A DNA stretch of 63,984 bases, the filler included, from an uncultured Myxococcia bacterium (GTDB lineage: Bacteria; CAZTWC01), in assembly GCA_964617105.1 (NCBI GenBank). It is 3 parts of 3 records of this genome, joined end to end, with 100 filler letters (N's around TTAATTAATTAA, not from the genome) between each part and the next. Parts side by side here need not be neighbours in the genome. Positions count along the whole stretch, not along the records: positions 47,458 to 63,984 come from CAZTWC010000059.1; 2 more parts are not named here. The stretch is one strand, 5' to 3'. Within the stretch, counting starts at the first letter, position 1. Every line of letters begins with the position of its first letter. The notes beneath the pieces are model-generated. The model did no database searches and was not told the origin of the DNA. It worked only from the letters and a program-made list of their open reading frames with translations. Both the position numbers and the translations under genes were made by a program. Below, piece after piece: positions 52,374 to 61,374 of the stretch.

Positions 52374-52389
52374 TGCAAACCCCGTGCCA
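52374..52389 (-). promoter_or_regulatory. Sigma-54 (-24/-12) promoter for the TIGR02530/flgE operon
   Basis: Minus strand TGGCACGGGGTTTGCA matches TGGCACG-N4-TTGCA, 56 nt upstream of ATG 52317. Confidence 0.82.
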
Positions 52390-52594
52390 GTTTTAAGGGT
52401 TTTCGTCTTAAAAAATACGCATGCTTGATATGCCAAGTGATATCAACTGGATAGGTGTTAATGTCGAGGGCAAATAACTTTAGGTTACCTCTCTCCGGAT
52501 AGTGTTTCCTGGGGAAATACATTTTTCCAGGAGGAAATTTTTTCCCGGTGATGAAATTTTTTCCCACCTGATTAAGCGCCCTAAGGAGTATGTC

Positions 52595-54226
52595 ATGAGC
52601 AACGCAGTCTATTCTGTGCCAGTTCCTTATAATGAACCAATTTTAGATTATGCCCCGGAAAGTTATGAACGGGAGATATTACAGGGGCAATTGAAGAAAA
52701 TGCTGGGGGAAAATATAGATATCCCTTTAGTTATTGGCGGAGAAGAGGTTCGCACCGGCAATTTGGCCAGGTGTGTCTGTCCTCATAATCACCAGCATCT
52801 GCTGGCCCAGTATCACAAAGCGGGCGAGAATGAGGTTAATCTGGCAGTGGAAAAAGCCATGGCTGCGGCGCCTCAGTGGGCGGCCATGCCCTGGGAACAC
52901 CGAGCCGGCATTTTCCTCAAGGCTGCGGAGTTATTAGCCACCAAATACCGGCCTATTCTAAATGCCGCCACCATGTTAAATCAGAGTAAAACTGCTCATC
53001 AGGCAGAGATCGATTCCGCCTGCGAATTGATCGATTTTTACCGGTTCAACCCGATCTATATGGAAGAGATATTTTGCCAGCAGCCTGAATCTTCGCCAGG
53101 TATATGGAACCGGGTGGAATATCGTCCCCTGGAGGGTTTTATCTTTGCTGTCACCCCCTTTAATTTTACCTCCATTGCCGGCAATTTGCCAACTTCTCCA
53201 GCCATGATGGGCAATGTGGTGCTATGGAAACCAGCCTCTTCTGCTGTTTACTCAGCTCATTTTATAATGAAACTATTGCAGGAAGCGGGATTACCCGATG
53301 GGGTGATCAATCTGATCCCCGGTCCGGGCGGTTCGGTGGGTAATCCGGTTATGAACCGGCCCGAGTTGGCCGGAGTCCATTTTACCGGCAGCACCCCGGT
53401 GTTCCAGGGGATGTGGAAAACCATCGGCCAAAATATTGCATCATACCGCTCCTATCCCCGGATAGTGGGAGAAACCGGCGGAAAGGATTTTATCTTTGCT
53501 CATCCCTCCGCCGACCAGAATGCTCTCTGCACCGCCCTGGTTCGGGGCGCCTTCGAGTACCAGGGACAAAAGTGTTCCGCTGCTTCCAGGGCCTATATTC
53601 CGGAATCTGTATGGTCTGGATTGAAAGAGATGCTGGTGGGGACTGTCAAAGAGATCACCATGGGAGATGTCACTGACTTCAAACATTTTATGGGCGCGGT
53701 TATCGACCAGGCGGCCTATAATTCTATTAAAGAATATATCGATTACGCTACTGACTCCAGCGATGCAGAAATATTAACCGGTGGCGGATGCAACGATTCA
53801 GAGGGGTATTTTATTGAACCAACTCTGGTCTTGACCTCCCGTCCCGATTTTAGGCTGATGCAGGATGAGATTTTTGGGCCGGTGTTAACTATATACGTTT
53901 ATAAAGACAACCAGTTTGAAGAGACGTTGGATATTTGCGATAAGACTTCCCCCTATGCCCTGACTGGAGCGGTTTTTGCCCAGGATCGTCAGGCCATAGT
54001 TAAGGCATCTAAGGCTCTGGTCAATTCGGCGGGTAACTTTTATATCAATGACAAGCCTACAGGAGCGGTGGTGGGACAGCAGCCTTTTGGCGGCGGCCGG
54101 GCTTCTGGCACCAATGACAAGGCGGGCAGTTACCTGAACTTGCTCAGGTGGGTTTCTACCCGTACCATCAAGGAGATGTTTTGTCCTCCGGAAGATTATC
54201 GCTATCCATATATGAAAAAAAAGTAA
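52595..54226 (+). CDS. pruA: 1-pyrroline-5-carboxylate dehydrogenase
   Basis: PFNFTSIAGNL, VGETGGKDF, FEYQGQKCSA, GQQPFGGGRASGTNDKAG; RBS AAGGAG. Confidence 0.93.
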   Translation: MSNAVYSVPVPYNEPILDYAPESYEREILQGQLKKMLGENIDIPLVIGGEEVRTGNLARCVCPHNHQHLLAQYHKAGENEVNLAVEKAMAAAPQWAAMPWEHRAGIFLKAAELLATKYRPILNAATMLNQSKTAHQAEIDSACELIDFYRFNPIYMEEIFCQQPESSPGIWNRVEYRPLEGFIFAVTPFNFTSIAGNLPTSPAMMGNVVLWKPASSAVYSAHFIMKLLQEAGLPDGVINLIPGPGGSVGNPVMNRPELAGVHFTGSTPVFQGMWKTIGQNIASYRSYPRIVGETGGKDFIFAHPSADQNALCTALVRGAFEYQGQKCSAASRAYIPESVWSGLKEMLVGTVKEITMGDVTDFKHFMGAVIDQAAYNSIKEYIDYATDSSDAEILTGGGCNDSEGYFIEPTLVLTSRPDFRLMQDEIFGPVLTIYVYKDNQFEETLDICDKTSPYALTGAVFAQDRQAIVKASKALVNSAGNFYINDKPTGAVVGQQPFGGGRASGTNDKAGSYLNLLRWVSTRTIKEMFCPPEDYRYPYMKKK

Positions 54227-54244
54227 AAATGTAGGAGATTAACT

Positions 54245-55804
54245 TTGACAACTGCCGGAGATGATAATTTCCAGATACTTCTGGATAATATAGAGGATAT
54301 GGTCTTTTTGCTGAATAAAAGAGATTTTATTCAATACTGCAACCGCCCTGCCCGGGAGCATTTTAAGATGGCTGAGCCGGGAGATAAACCAATAGATCCA
54401 AGAAGGCGCAAGGATTTTCTCTCTTTGTGGAGCAGTGATAGCGGCAAATGCCAGGAAAAACTTAAAACCGGCCTGGAGATAGCCAGAATAACCAGCAACA
54501 AAGTTTCTATTCAACTCGAAAATGATATTCAGGAATCCAATTTCGCCGTGGAACTGAAACCCTTATGCCAGGAGGATGGAGAAGAGATCCTGATGGTAAC
54601 TATCCGGGAGATCACCGGCCAGGTAAAGATGGAGAGAGCCCAGTTTGAGTTGGAAGAGAGGTTGACCAATATTTTTGAAGCCCTTCCCGTGGGTGTTTTA
54701 CTGGTCGATGTCAAAACCAGTCAAGTATTGGAGTCCAATATTGTATTCAAGAAAATAATTGGTTGCGAAAACGAGAATATAAGGGGAATTGATTGTTGTT
54801 GGCAGGAACGATTACAAAAATTAACCGGTTTTGTGGAAAACAGGCAATCTTTGAGAAATAAAGAGGTGGTAATACCAAAGCAGGATGGTCAGGATAAAAT
54901 TTGTTTATGGAATGCGGTTTACCTGGAATTTGGCCAGGGAGGATGTTATCTGCACAGTTTTGTCGATATCAGCGACCGCAAACAAGCGGAAGATGAGTTG
55001 AAGGCCGCTTACCGGAAAATCAGAACTTTCAATCAGCAACTGGCCGACCGGGTGGCTCAGGAGGTGGAAAGCAACCGCAAAAAGGATGTCACTTTGATGC
55101 AGCAATCCCGCCTGGCTGCGATAGGAGAGATGATCGCCAATATAGCTCACCAGTGGCGGCAACCTCTAAGCGGCCTGGGAATAATAATCCAAGATATCAA
55201 GGACGCCTATAATTACCAGGAGTTGGATGAGAAATACCTGGATGAAAGCATTCAGCATTCCAGGCAGTTAATCGCCCACATGTCAGATACCATTGATGAT
55301 TTTAGGAGTTTTTTTAATTCCTCCAGTAGCGAAAAACAATTTGATCTTAGCAAAAATATCGAGCGTACCTTGAACATTATCAGCGCCAATATAAAAACCA
55401 ATGGCATCAGCATTGAAAAAGATTTTCAAGAAAATATTTCCCTCTATGGCTTTGGTAATGAATACAGTCAAGTGCTGATAAATATAATCAATAATGCCAA
55501 AGATGAATTGGCAGGCCGGAAAATAGATGATCCCCGGATATTGATTTCAACCCGCCAGCAGGATAATGAGGTGATAGTTGATATTACCGATAATGCCGGT
55601 GGAATCCCTGAAGATGTTATAAACCATGTCTTTGAGCCCTATTTTACCACCAAGGGAGAAGCGGACGGCACTGGTATCGGTTTGTATATGTCCCGGGAGA
55701 TAATAGAAAACAAAATGAAGGGGCGCTTGAGTGTAACCAACACTGAAGAGGGGGCCAGGTTTCAGATATCGGTGCCAGTCGGGAGGTTAAATAATGAGTG
55801 CTAA
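54245..55804 (+). CDS. PAS-domain sensor histidine kinase
   Basis: IAHQWRQPL H-box, NIINNAKD, DNAGGI, PYFTTK, GIGLYMS. Confidence 0.92.
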   Translation: MTTAGDDNFQILLDNIEDMVFLLNKRDFIQYCNRPAREHFKMAEPGDKPIDPRRRKDFLSLWSSDSGKCQEKLKTGLEIARITSNKVSIQLENDIQESNFAVELKPLCQEDGEEILMVTIREITGQVKMERAQFELEERLTNIFEALPVGVLLVDVKTSQVLESNIVFKKIIGCENENIRGIDCCWQERLQKLTGFVENRQSLRNKEVVIPKQDGQDKICLWNAVYLEFGQGGCYLHSFVDISDRKQAEDELKAAYRKIRTFNQQLADRVAQEVESNRKKDVTLMQQSRLAAIGEMIANIAHQWRQPLSGLGIIIQDIKDAYNYQELDEKYLDESIQHSRQLIAHMSDTIDDFRSFFNSSSSEKQFDLSKNIERTLNIISANIKTNGISIEKDFQENISLYGFGNEYSQVLINIINNAKDELAGRKIDDPRILISTRQQDNEVIVDITDNAGGIPEDVINHVFEPYFTTKGEADGTGIGLYMSREIIENKMKGRLSVTNTEEGARFQISVPVGRLNNEC

Positions 55805-58121
55805 AAAATTAGATGTAACTGTTCTTTATGTGGAAGATGACACTTTTTTACGCCAGACTATCAGCCGAATTTTGAAAAGAAGGGTCAGCACCTTACTGGT
55901 CGCAGAAAATGGCCGGGAAGGACTGGGGGTATTCAAAGAGGAGCGGCCAGACATTGTGGTTACCGATATTAAGATGCCCAGCATGAATGGGCTGGAGATG
56001 TCCAAAGAGATTTTGGCCATTGACCGGAGCGTGCCCATAATCATCACCATTGCCCACAACGAAGTCAATTTATTGGTGGGTGCCATTGAAATAGGCATCA
56101 GCAAATATGTTCTCAAGCCCATTGACATCGAAAATCTGTATAACAGTCTCTATAAAATTGCTGAAACCATTAACCTTAAGAAAAAACTGGAACAGGAATC
56201 GAAACTGCTGGAAGAATACAAACGAGCGGTGGATCTCAGCACCATAGTGTTAAAGAGTGATGACAACGGCAAAGTGGTTTATATTAATGACAAATTTAGA
56301 CAACTCACCGGCTTTACCGACCAGGAGGTGGTGGGCCAGGATTACTGGCAATTCCTGGACCCGCAGGAGATGGAGGATTTTAAAACCGAAAAAATGAACG
56401 CCATCAAAGCGGGGAAGAAGTGGCAGGGAATTATTAAATACCAGGGTAAAGGTAAAAATATTTATCATCTGGATACTATCTTGTACCCAATTTTAGATCC
56501 CTCCGGCACCATGGTTGAGGTTTTGAGCCTGGGTAATAATATTACCGGATTGATAGAGAAAGAGGATGAGTTGAAGGCCGCTTTGAAAAAGGTGAAGCAG
56601 GCTGACGAATTAAAGGGGCAGTTTTTGGCTAATATGAGCCACGAAATAAGAACCCCCATGAATGGAATTTTGGGATTTAGCCGGCTTTTAGGCGATACTC
56701 ACCTGGATACCTCTCAGCATGAATATGTGCAGGCCATTAACAAGAGCACCGTGACTTTACTTTGTATAATCAATGATATTCTCGATTTTTCCAAGATCGA
56801 GAGTGGCAAAATCGAATTGGAGAAGATCAGTTTCAATCCTCTAAAAGAGTTTGAGACCACGGTTTCTTTGTTTTCTGTTAAAGCCAACGATAAAAATATC
56901 ACTTTGATGAGTTTTATCGATCCCAATCTGCCCGAAACCATTTTGGGTGATCCTACCAGGATTAAGCAGGTATTGATCAACCTGACTGAGAATGGACTGA
57001 AATTTACCCCTGAGAACGGTTCTCTGGTGGTGAGAATAGAGCCGATACAGGNNNNNNNNNNCAACCAGTGTAAAATTTTGTTTTCAGTATCTGATACGGG
57101 TATTGGGATTTCCGAAGAAAAGCAGAAGATTATCTTTGACCCCTTTGCTCAGGCCGATGGCTCTATGTCGAGGAAATATGGCGGCACCGGATTGGGACTC
57201 TCTATCAGCAGCAATCTGGTTTCTCTGATGGGAGGAAAATTGTTCCTGGAGAGTCAGGAAAATGTAGGCAGCATTTTCTCTTTTACCATTTACTTTGAGA
57301 TTGAACAAAAGAGCACTGCCATCAATTACCAGAAGTTGCAGGATCTGAAGGTGGGATTCTATTCTCCCGAAGACCTTCATGGAGATTTCGAGAAGATTAT
57401 GGATGACTACTGCAAATCTTTCGGGTACCAGATTTTTCATTATCGAGACAACCAGGAGTGGCAGAATTATGATTGTGCTAATGCCCTACCGGATCAGTTG
57501 ACGGCGATACTTCCCAGGCTTGCCGAACTTGGCTCCCCTGTGGTTGGCATAGCCAAGCAAAACCAGCAAAAGCAACTGGGACCCATCAGGAAGATGCTGA
57601 AAAAGATAATCTATATGCCAGTGAACGGCTCCAAGTTGTTCGATGCTATTGTGGATATCATCGGTATCGAAACCGACCTGGAGAGTCAGGAGCCGGTTGC
57701 CAAGGTGAAATCAGCGCCTGGCCAGGGTGGAAAACTGAAAATAGACAATGTCCGGGCTCTGGTGGCAGAGGATAATGCAGTGAACCAGCAGTTGATTACC
57801 ATCATGTTAAAGGAAATTGGCATTGAGAGCGAGATAGCGGAGAATGGACTGGTGGCGATGGAAAAATACTGTAACGGTAAATACGATATAGTTCTAATGG
57901 ATATCAACATGCCGGAGTGCAATGGTATCGAAGCCACCCGCAAGATAGTCCAGTATGAAAAAGAAAATAATATTAACCATATTCCCATTGTCGCCCTTAC
58001 GGCTTACGCCATGAAGGGGGCCCGGGAAAAAATGATTTCCCTGGGAGTGGATGATTATCTTTCCAAACCGATTAACAAGGGTGAACTAGATACGGTTTTA
58101 ACTCGGTACCTGGTTAAATAG
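55794..58121 (+). CDS. Hybrid histidine kinase REC-PAS-HisKA-HATPase-REC (N gap 57052-57061)
   Basis: VEDD/TDIKMP, MSHEIRTPMNG, GGTGLGL, AEDN/MDINMP/KP. Confidence 0.92.
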   Translation: MSAKKLDVTVLYVEDDTFLRQTISRILKRRVSTLLVAENGREGLGVFKEERPDIVVTDIKMPSMNGLEMSKEILAIDRSVPIIITIAHNEVNLLVGAIEIGISKYVLKPIDIENLYNSLYKIAETINLKKKLEQESKLLEEYKRAVDLSTIVLKSDDNGKVVYINDKFRQLTGFTDQEVVGQDYWQFLDPQEMEDFKTEKMNAIKAGKKWQGIIKYQGKGKNIYHLDTILYPILDPSGTMVEVLSLGNNITGLIEKEDELKAALKKVKQADELKGQFLANMSHEIRTPMNGILGFSRLLGDTHLDTSQHEYVQAINKSTVTLLCIINDILDFSKIESGKIELEKISFNPLKEFETTVSLFSVKANDKNITLMSFIDPNLPETILGDPTRIKQVLINLTENGLKFTPENGSLVVRIEPIQXXXXNQCKILFSVSDTGIGISEEKQKIIFDPFAQADGSMSRKYGGTGLGLSISSNLVSLMGGKLFLESQENVGSIFSFTIYFEIEQKSTAINYQKLQDLKVGFYSPEDLHGDFEKIMDDYCKSFGYQIFHYRDNQEWQNYDCANALPDQLTAILPRLAELGSPVVGIAKQNQQKQLGPIRKMLKKIIYMPVNGSKLFDAIVDIIGIETDLESQEPVAKVKSAPGQGGKLKIDNVRALVAEDNAVNQQLITIMLKEIGIESEIAENGLVAMEKYCNGKYDIVLMDINMPECNGIEATRKIVQYEKENNINHIPIVALTAYAMKGAREKMISLGVDDYLSKPINKGELDTVLTRYLVK

Positions 58122-58204
58122 CAGTTACCATCCGAAAATTTTGGCAATTTTGTCAACTCGGCGTTAAAATGCCGGGAATTCTTTCCGTTCTTAAAGGAGA
58201 AGAG

Positions 58205-58540
58205 ATGCCCGAGTCTAATGAGCATTTTGATTTGACTGCAACATCATCTATTTTAAATTTGGATGAAAGTGTAGTAAATATGCTGGTAGGAAATTTTATT
58301 AGCGCCATAGATAACGATCTGGATGAGTTGGAAGTGGCTATAAAAAGTGGCAATTTTCAAAAAATATCTGCAAAAGCTCACTATATCAAGGGTGCGGCAG
58401 AAAATCTGCGTCTTAAAATGCTGGTGCCAATGTTAAAGGATATCAACCACGCCTCTATTGAGGAGCAGGAGGTTGATTATCTGGATTTGTTAGCCAGGGC
58501 TCGGCAAGAGGTGGAATGTATAAAGGGAATTATCTCCTGA
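58205..58540 (+). CDS. Hpt domain protein
   Basis: AHYIKGAAENL; follows the hybrid kinase. Confidence 0.85.
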   Translation: MPESNEHFDLTATSSILNLDESVVNMLVGNFISAIDNDLDELEVAIKSGNFQKISAKAHYIKGAAENLRLKMLVPMLKDINHASIEEQEVDYLDLLARARQEVECIKGIIS

Positions 58541-60046
58541 AAAAGGGCTGATCTTTGTCACTTTCTTCAGCTATGTTATCCTTATCTACACGGGGTGTCA
58601 ACTTGGTTATAAAACCTTCAAAAATTTTGACATTGGTACTGGCGTCATGGTGTAGATCTTCCACTAGTCCGCTACTGATATTCAGGGTATTGGCAATGAT
58701 CTCTTGGTAGTCATTCGGTATTTCTAGTTCTTCTACTCCCAACTCCGCTTTCATCGCGATCCAATCGGCAAACATTACTCCTTTTGTTATATCTACTTCT
58801 TCCCGGTCATTCTTGTGGTGTAATTTGTTCACCTCTTTTAAAGAATTGGGAAATCCCCAATTTTCCATGGCAATATGCCCTATTACTGTATGGATCTCGG
58901 TGGAGATGTTGCTGAGCACTATTGGGTCCAGGTAGTGCTCGCTGCTGTGGGTAAGGGATATTACCAGCCGTGGAATAATTATATAACTTATATCGTGCAT
59001 AAGGCCGGCAGTGAAGGCCTCAAAAATCGGCCAGCCGGTTTCCATGGCAAAGCGGCGATTTATCACTGCGCAGGCCAAAGCATGCGCCCACACTTTGTTG
59101 AAGTAATTACGAACCAGTTTAAAAGGTTTGCGGCGTCGCAGGGGAAGTCCCAGGTTGTTGATGGAGAGGAAGAAATTTCTGTAGGTCATTATGGAGACAA
59201 AGAGAATCTTCAGGTTGTCGATGCCGTATTCAGCGATCACATCTTTGAGTGAATTAAAACTGATGCGGGGGATTAAAAAAGGCAAATTAGCCAGTTCAAA
59301 CAGGTTTTTTTCGATTTGTTCATCTGCGGAAAGGGTTTGCAGGATTAATTTTAAACTCTCATTCTTGGAGGCACAGATAATTTCTTGCAAAGATTTTATG
59401 TCTTCATACTCGAAGAGGTCAGAGGAGAGTTGGTTCTTTTTTACCACATCGATAATTTTTTTTTTGATAGGTTTGCCCATGGTTAAAAGGGCGCTTTGCC
59501 TTTCGGTCTGCAACTCTTTGTAGGATAGACGTTCGCCCACATCCGCGAACTCTTTTTCCTCTTCCAGCAAGGCCTCCCCGCAATAACGGCATACTCTGGT
59601 GGCTTTGAGGAGAAGGTGTTTGCAGTTGTTGCATCTTATCATACCCGGTTTATAGATTCCCGCTTCACTTAATAGAGCCAGGACTATCTTGGTAATTAGT
59701 TCGTTGACCACGTAAGGTTTATGGACAAAATCATCCGCTCCTACTGCCAGAGCATCCTCAACATCGTTGGTTCTGCCCAGAGATGAAAGAATAATAATCG
59801 GTTTGGTTTTTAGCCGCTTTACTTTGCGGATTTTACTGCAAAGGATAAAACCGGTGGTGTCGGGAAGCATCAAGTCCAATACGATCAGGTCAGGGGTGTA
59901 GATGGCCAGATGGCTGAGGGCTTCTTTGCCATCGGTGGCTATACTGATATCAAAGTTGTCCTGAAGTTGAAAGCGCAAGGTATCGGAAATGACTTTGTTG
60001 TCCTCAATAACCAGGATTTTTTTTTGTTTTTTTGTTTTTTTTTCAT
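58530..60046 (-). CDS. Response regulator REC + zinc ribbon + HDOD; natural ATG out of frame in a poly-A tract
   Basis: ILVIEDN..LDLMLP..KP; CNNC..CRYC; WAHALAC, GLMHD, HH. Confidence 0.8.
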
Positions 60047-60102
60047 CAACAGTGCAGTTTCGAGAAGTTTGAAAAAGGGTGGAGGTTTTGGTTTATTTTT
60101 AC

Positions 60103-60468
60103 CTATTTCACAAACAGGGAGATGGTTTTTAGCAATTCTTGCTCGTTAAAGGGTTTGACTATCCAACCCGATACTCCCGATTTTTTGGCGGTCATTATTT
60201 TCATGGCATCCGACTCGGTGGTTAGCATAATCACCGGGATAAAACGAAAATTTCTCTGTTTTTTTATCTCCCTAAGAGCGGTTAGGCCGTCCATATTGGG
60301 CATGTTAACATCAAGAAGGATTAGATTTGGGGTATATGTTTTTAGTTTTTTCAGGGCTTCTTCTCCATCTGAGGCCTCTTCGGTTTCGTAACCTTCCATC
60401 TCCAGGGTGGCTCCCACCATCAATCTTAAAGAGGGAGAATCATCTACAATAAGTACTTTGTTTTTCAT
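60103..60468 (-). CDS. cheY: CheY-like response regulator
   Basis: VLIVDDS, LDVNMP, MLTTES, GWIVKPF. Confidence 0.85.
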   Translation of the reverse strand: MKNKVLIVDDSPSLRLMVGATLEMEGYETEEASDGEEALKKLKTYTPNLILLDVNMPNMDGLTALREIKKQRNFRFIPVIMLTTESDAMKIMTAKKSGVSGWIVKPFNEQELLKTISLFVK

Positions 60469-60508
60469 TAACCAGACTCCTGATTACCTAAAAGTTTTCC
60501 AAAGGATA

Positions 60509-61195
60509 TTAAAATATAAGGGTTTTTCCGGTATCTTTTTTTTCAAATTTAAGGTTGTAGTGTTCAGCCAGGATCATTTTTTCATCTTCGTGGGTAAAGA
60601 TCGCTGTTAGAGATTTGATAATCTCGTCCATCTCAGGATTTTCCCTGGCTATCTCTTTTATCTCCTGCTCGGTCATCTCTTTCTGGTTCAATTGCTCGAT
60701 GATCTCAATGGCCCGGATAGACCGTTCAACACCCTGGCGAATACCATCGTTAAACTGTAAAGTGATCAAAAGTGGCCTGGCCATGGTTACTATTTTTTCA
60801 TCCTGCTTGCCCAGATCTTCCAATTGCTGGTTGAATTTTTTTAGCGATTCAGCCACTAGTTTCATACTGAGAATATCCTCCGGGTTGCTCTCTTTGTTGT
60901 TCCCCGTACAATGGTCGAGATGCTGGTCTACCAGGTTATTCATTTTGGTAATCAACTCTTCTTTGGCATGTGACTCCTGGTGTAAATAGATGTTTTCGTA
61001 AACATCATCCACCTGTTTTTTGTGTTTGGATACCTCCTGGTAAAGAGAGATGATTTTTTTTACCACTTCAGTGGTATCCCGTTCAATCTTGGTGGCAATA
61101 TTGGCCATTTGGTTTTTTATCAGTCGCAACAAATCGGCGTCTATGGCTAGTAAATCTATAAGTTGTTTTTCTCTGCTCATCAATGACTCCAACAA
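60509..61195 (-). CDS. Helical chemotaxis-associated protein with CheZ-like DxxxQ motif
   Basis: TLQFNDGIRQ; directly upstream of cheY. Confidence 0.55.
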   Translation of the reverse strand: MLESLMSREKQLIDLLAIDADLLRLIKNQMANIATKIERDTTEVVKKIISLYQEVSKHKKQVDDVYENIYLHQESHAKEELITKMNNLVDQHLDHCTGNNKESNPEDILSMKLVAESLKKFNQQLEDLGKQDEKIVTMARPLLITLQFNDGIRQGVERSIRAIEIIEQLNQKEMTEQEIKEIARENPEMDEIIKSLTAIFTHEDEKMILAEHYNLKFEKKDTGKTLIF

Positions 61196-61196
61196 A

Positions 61197-61220
61197 ATCT
61201 GCGTATCTGCGTATCTGCGT
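61197..61220. repeat. 8-bp tandem repeat (atctgcgt)x3
   Basis: Read directly; degenerate continuation to about 61240. Confidence 0.85.
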
Positions 61221-61374
61221 TTACGTATAGTTGCGTAAGTAATTAGAAGGTTACCTGAAAAGACTACCAGAAAAACTAATTATGGCAATGAATTTTTTCA
61301 TTTTTGTTTGACAAATATTAACAAATTATCCATAATTATGCAATATCAGGTTTAGAATTTAAGCGGTATTTTTT

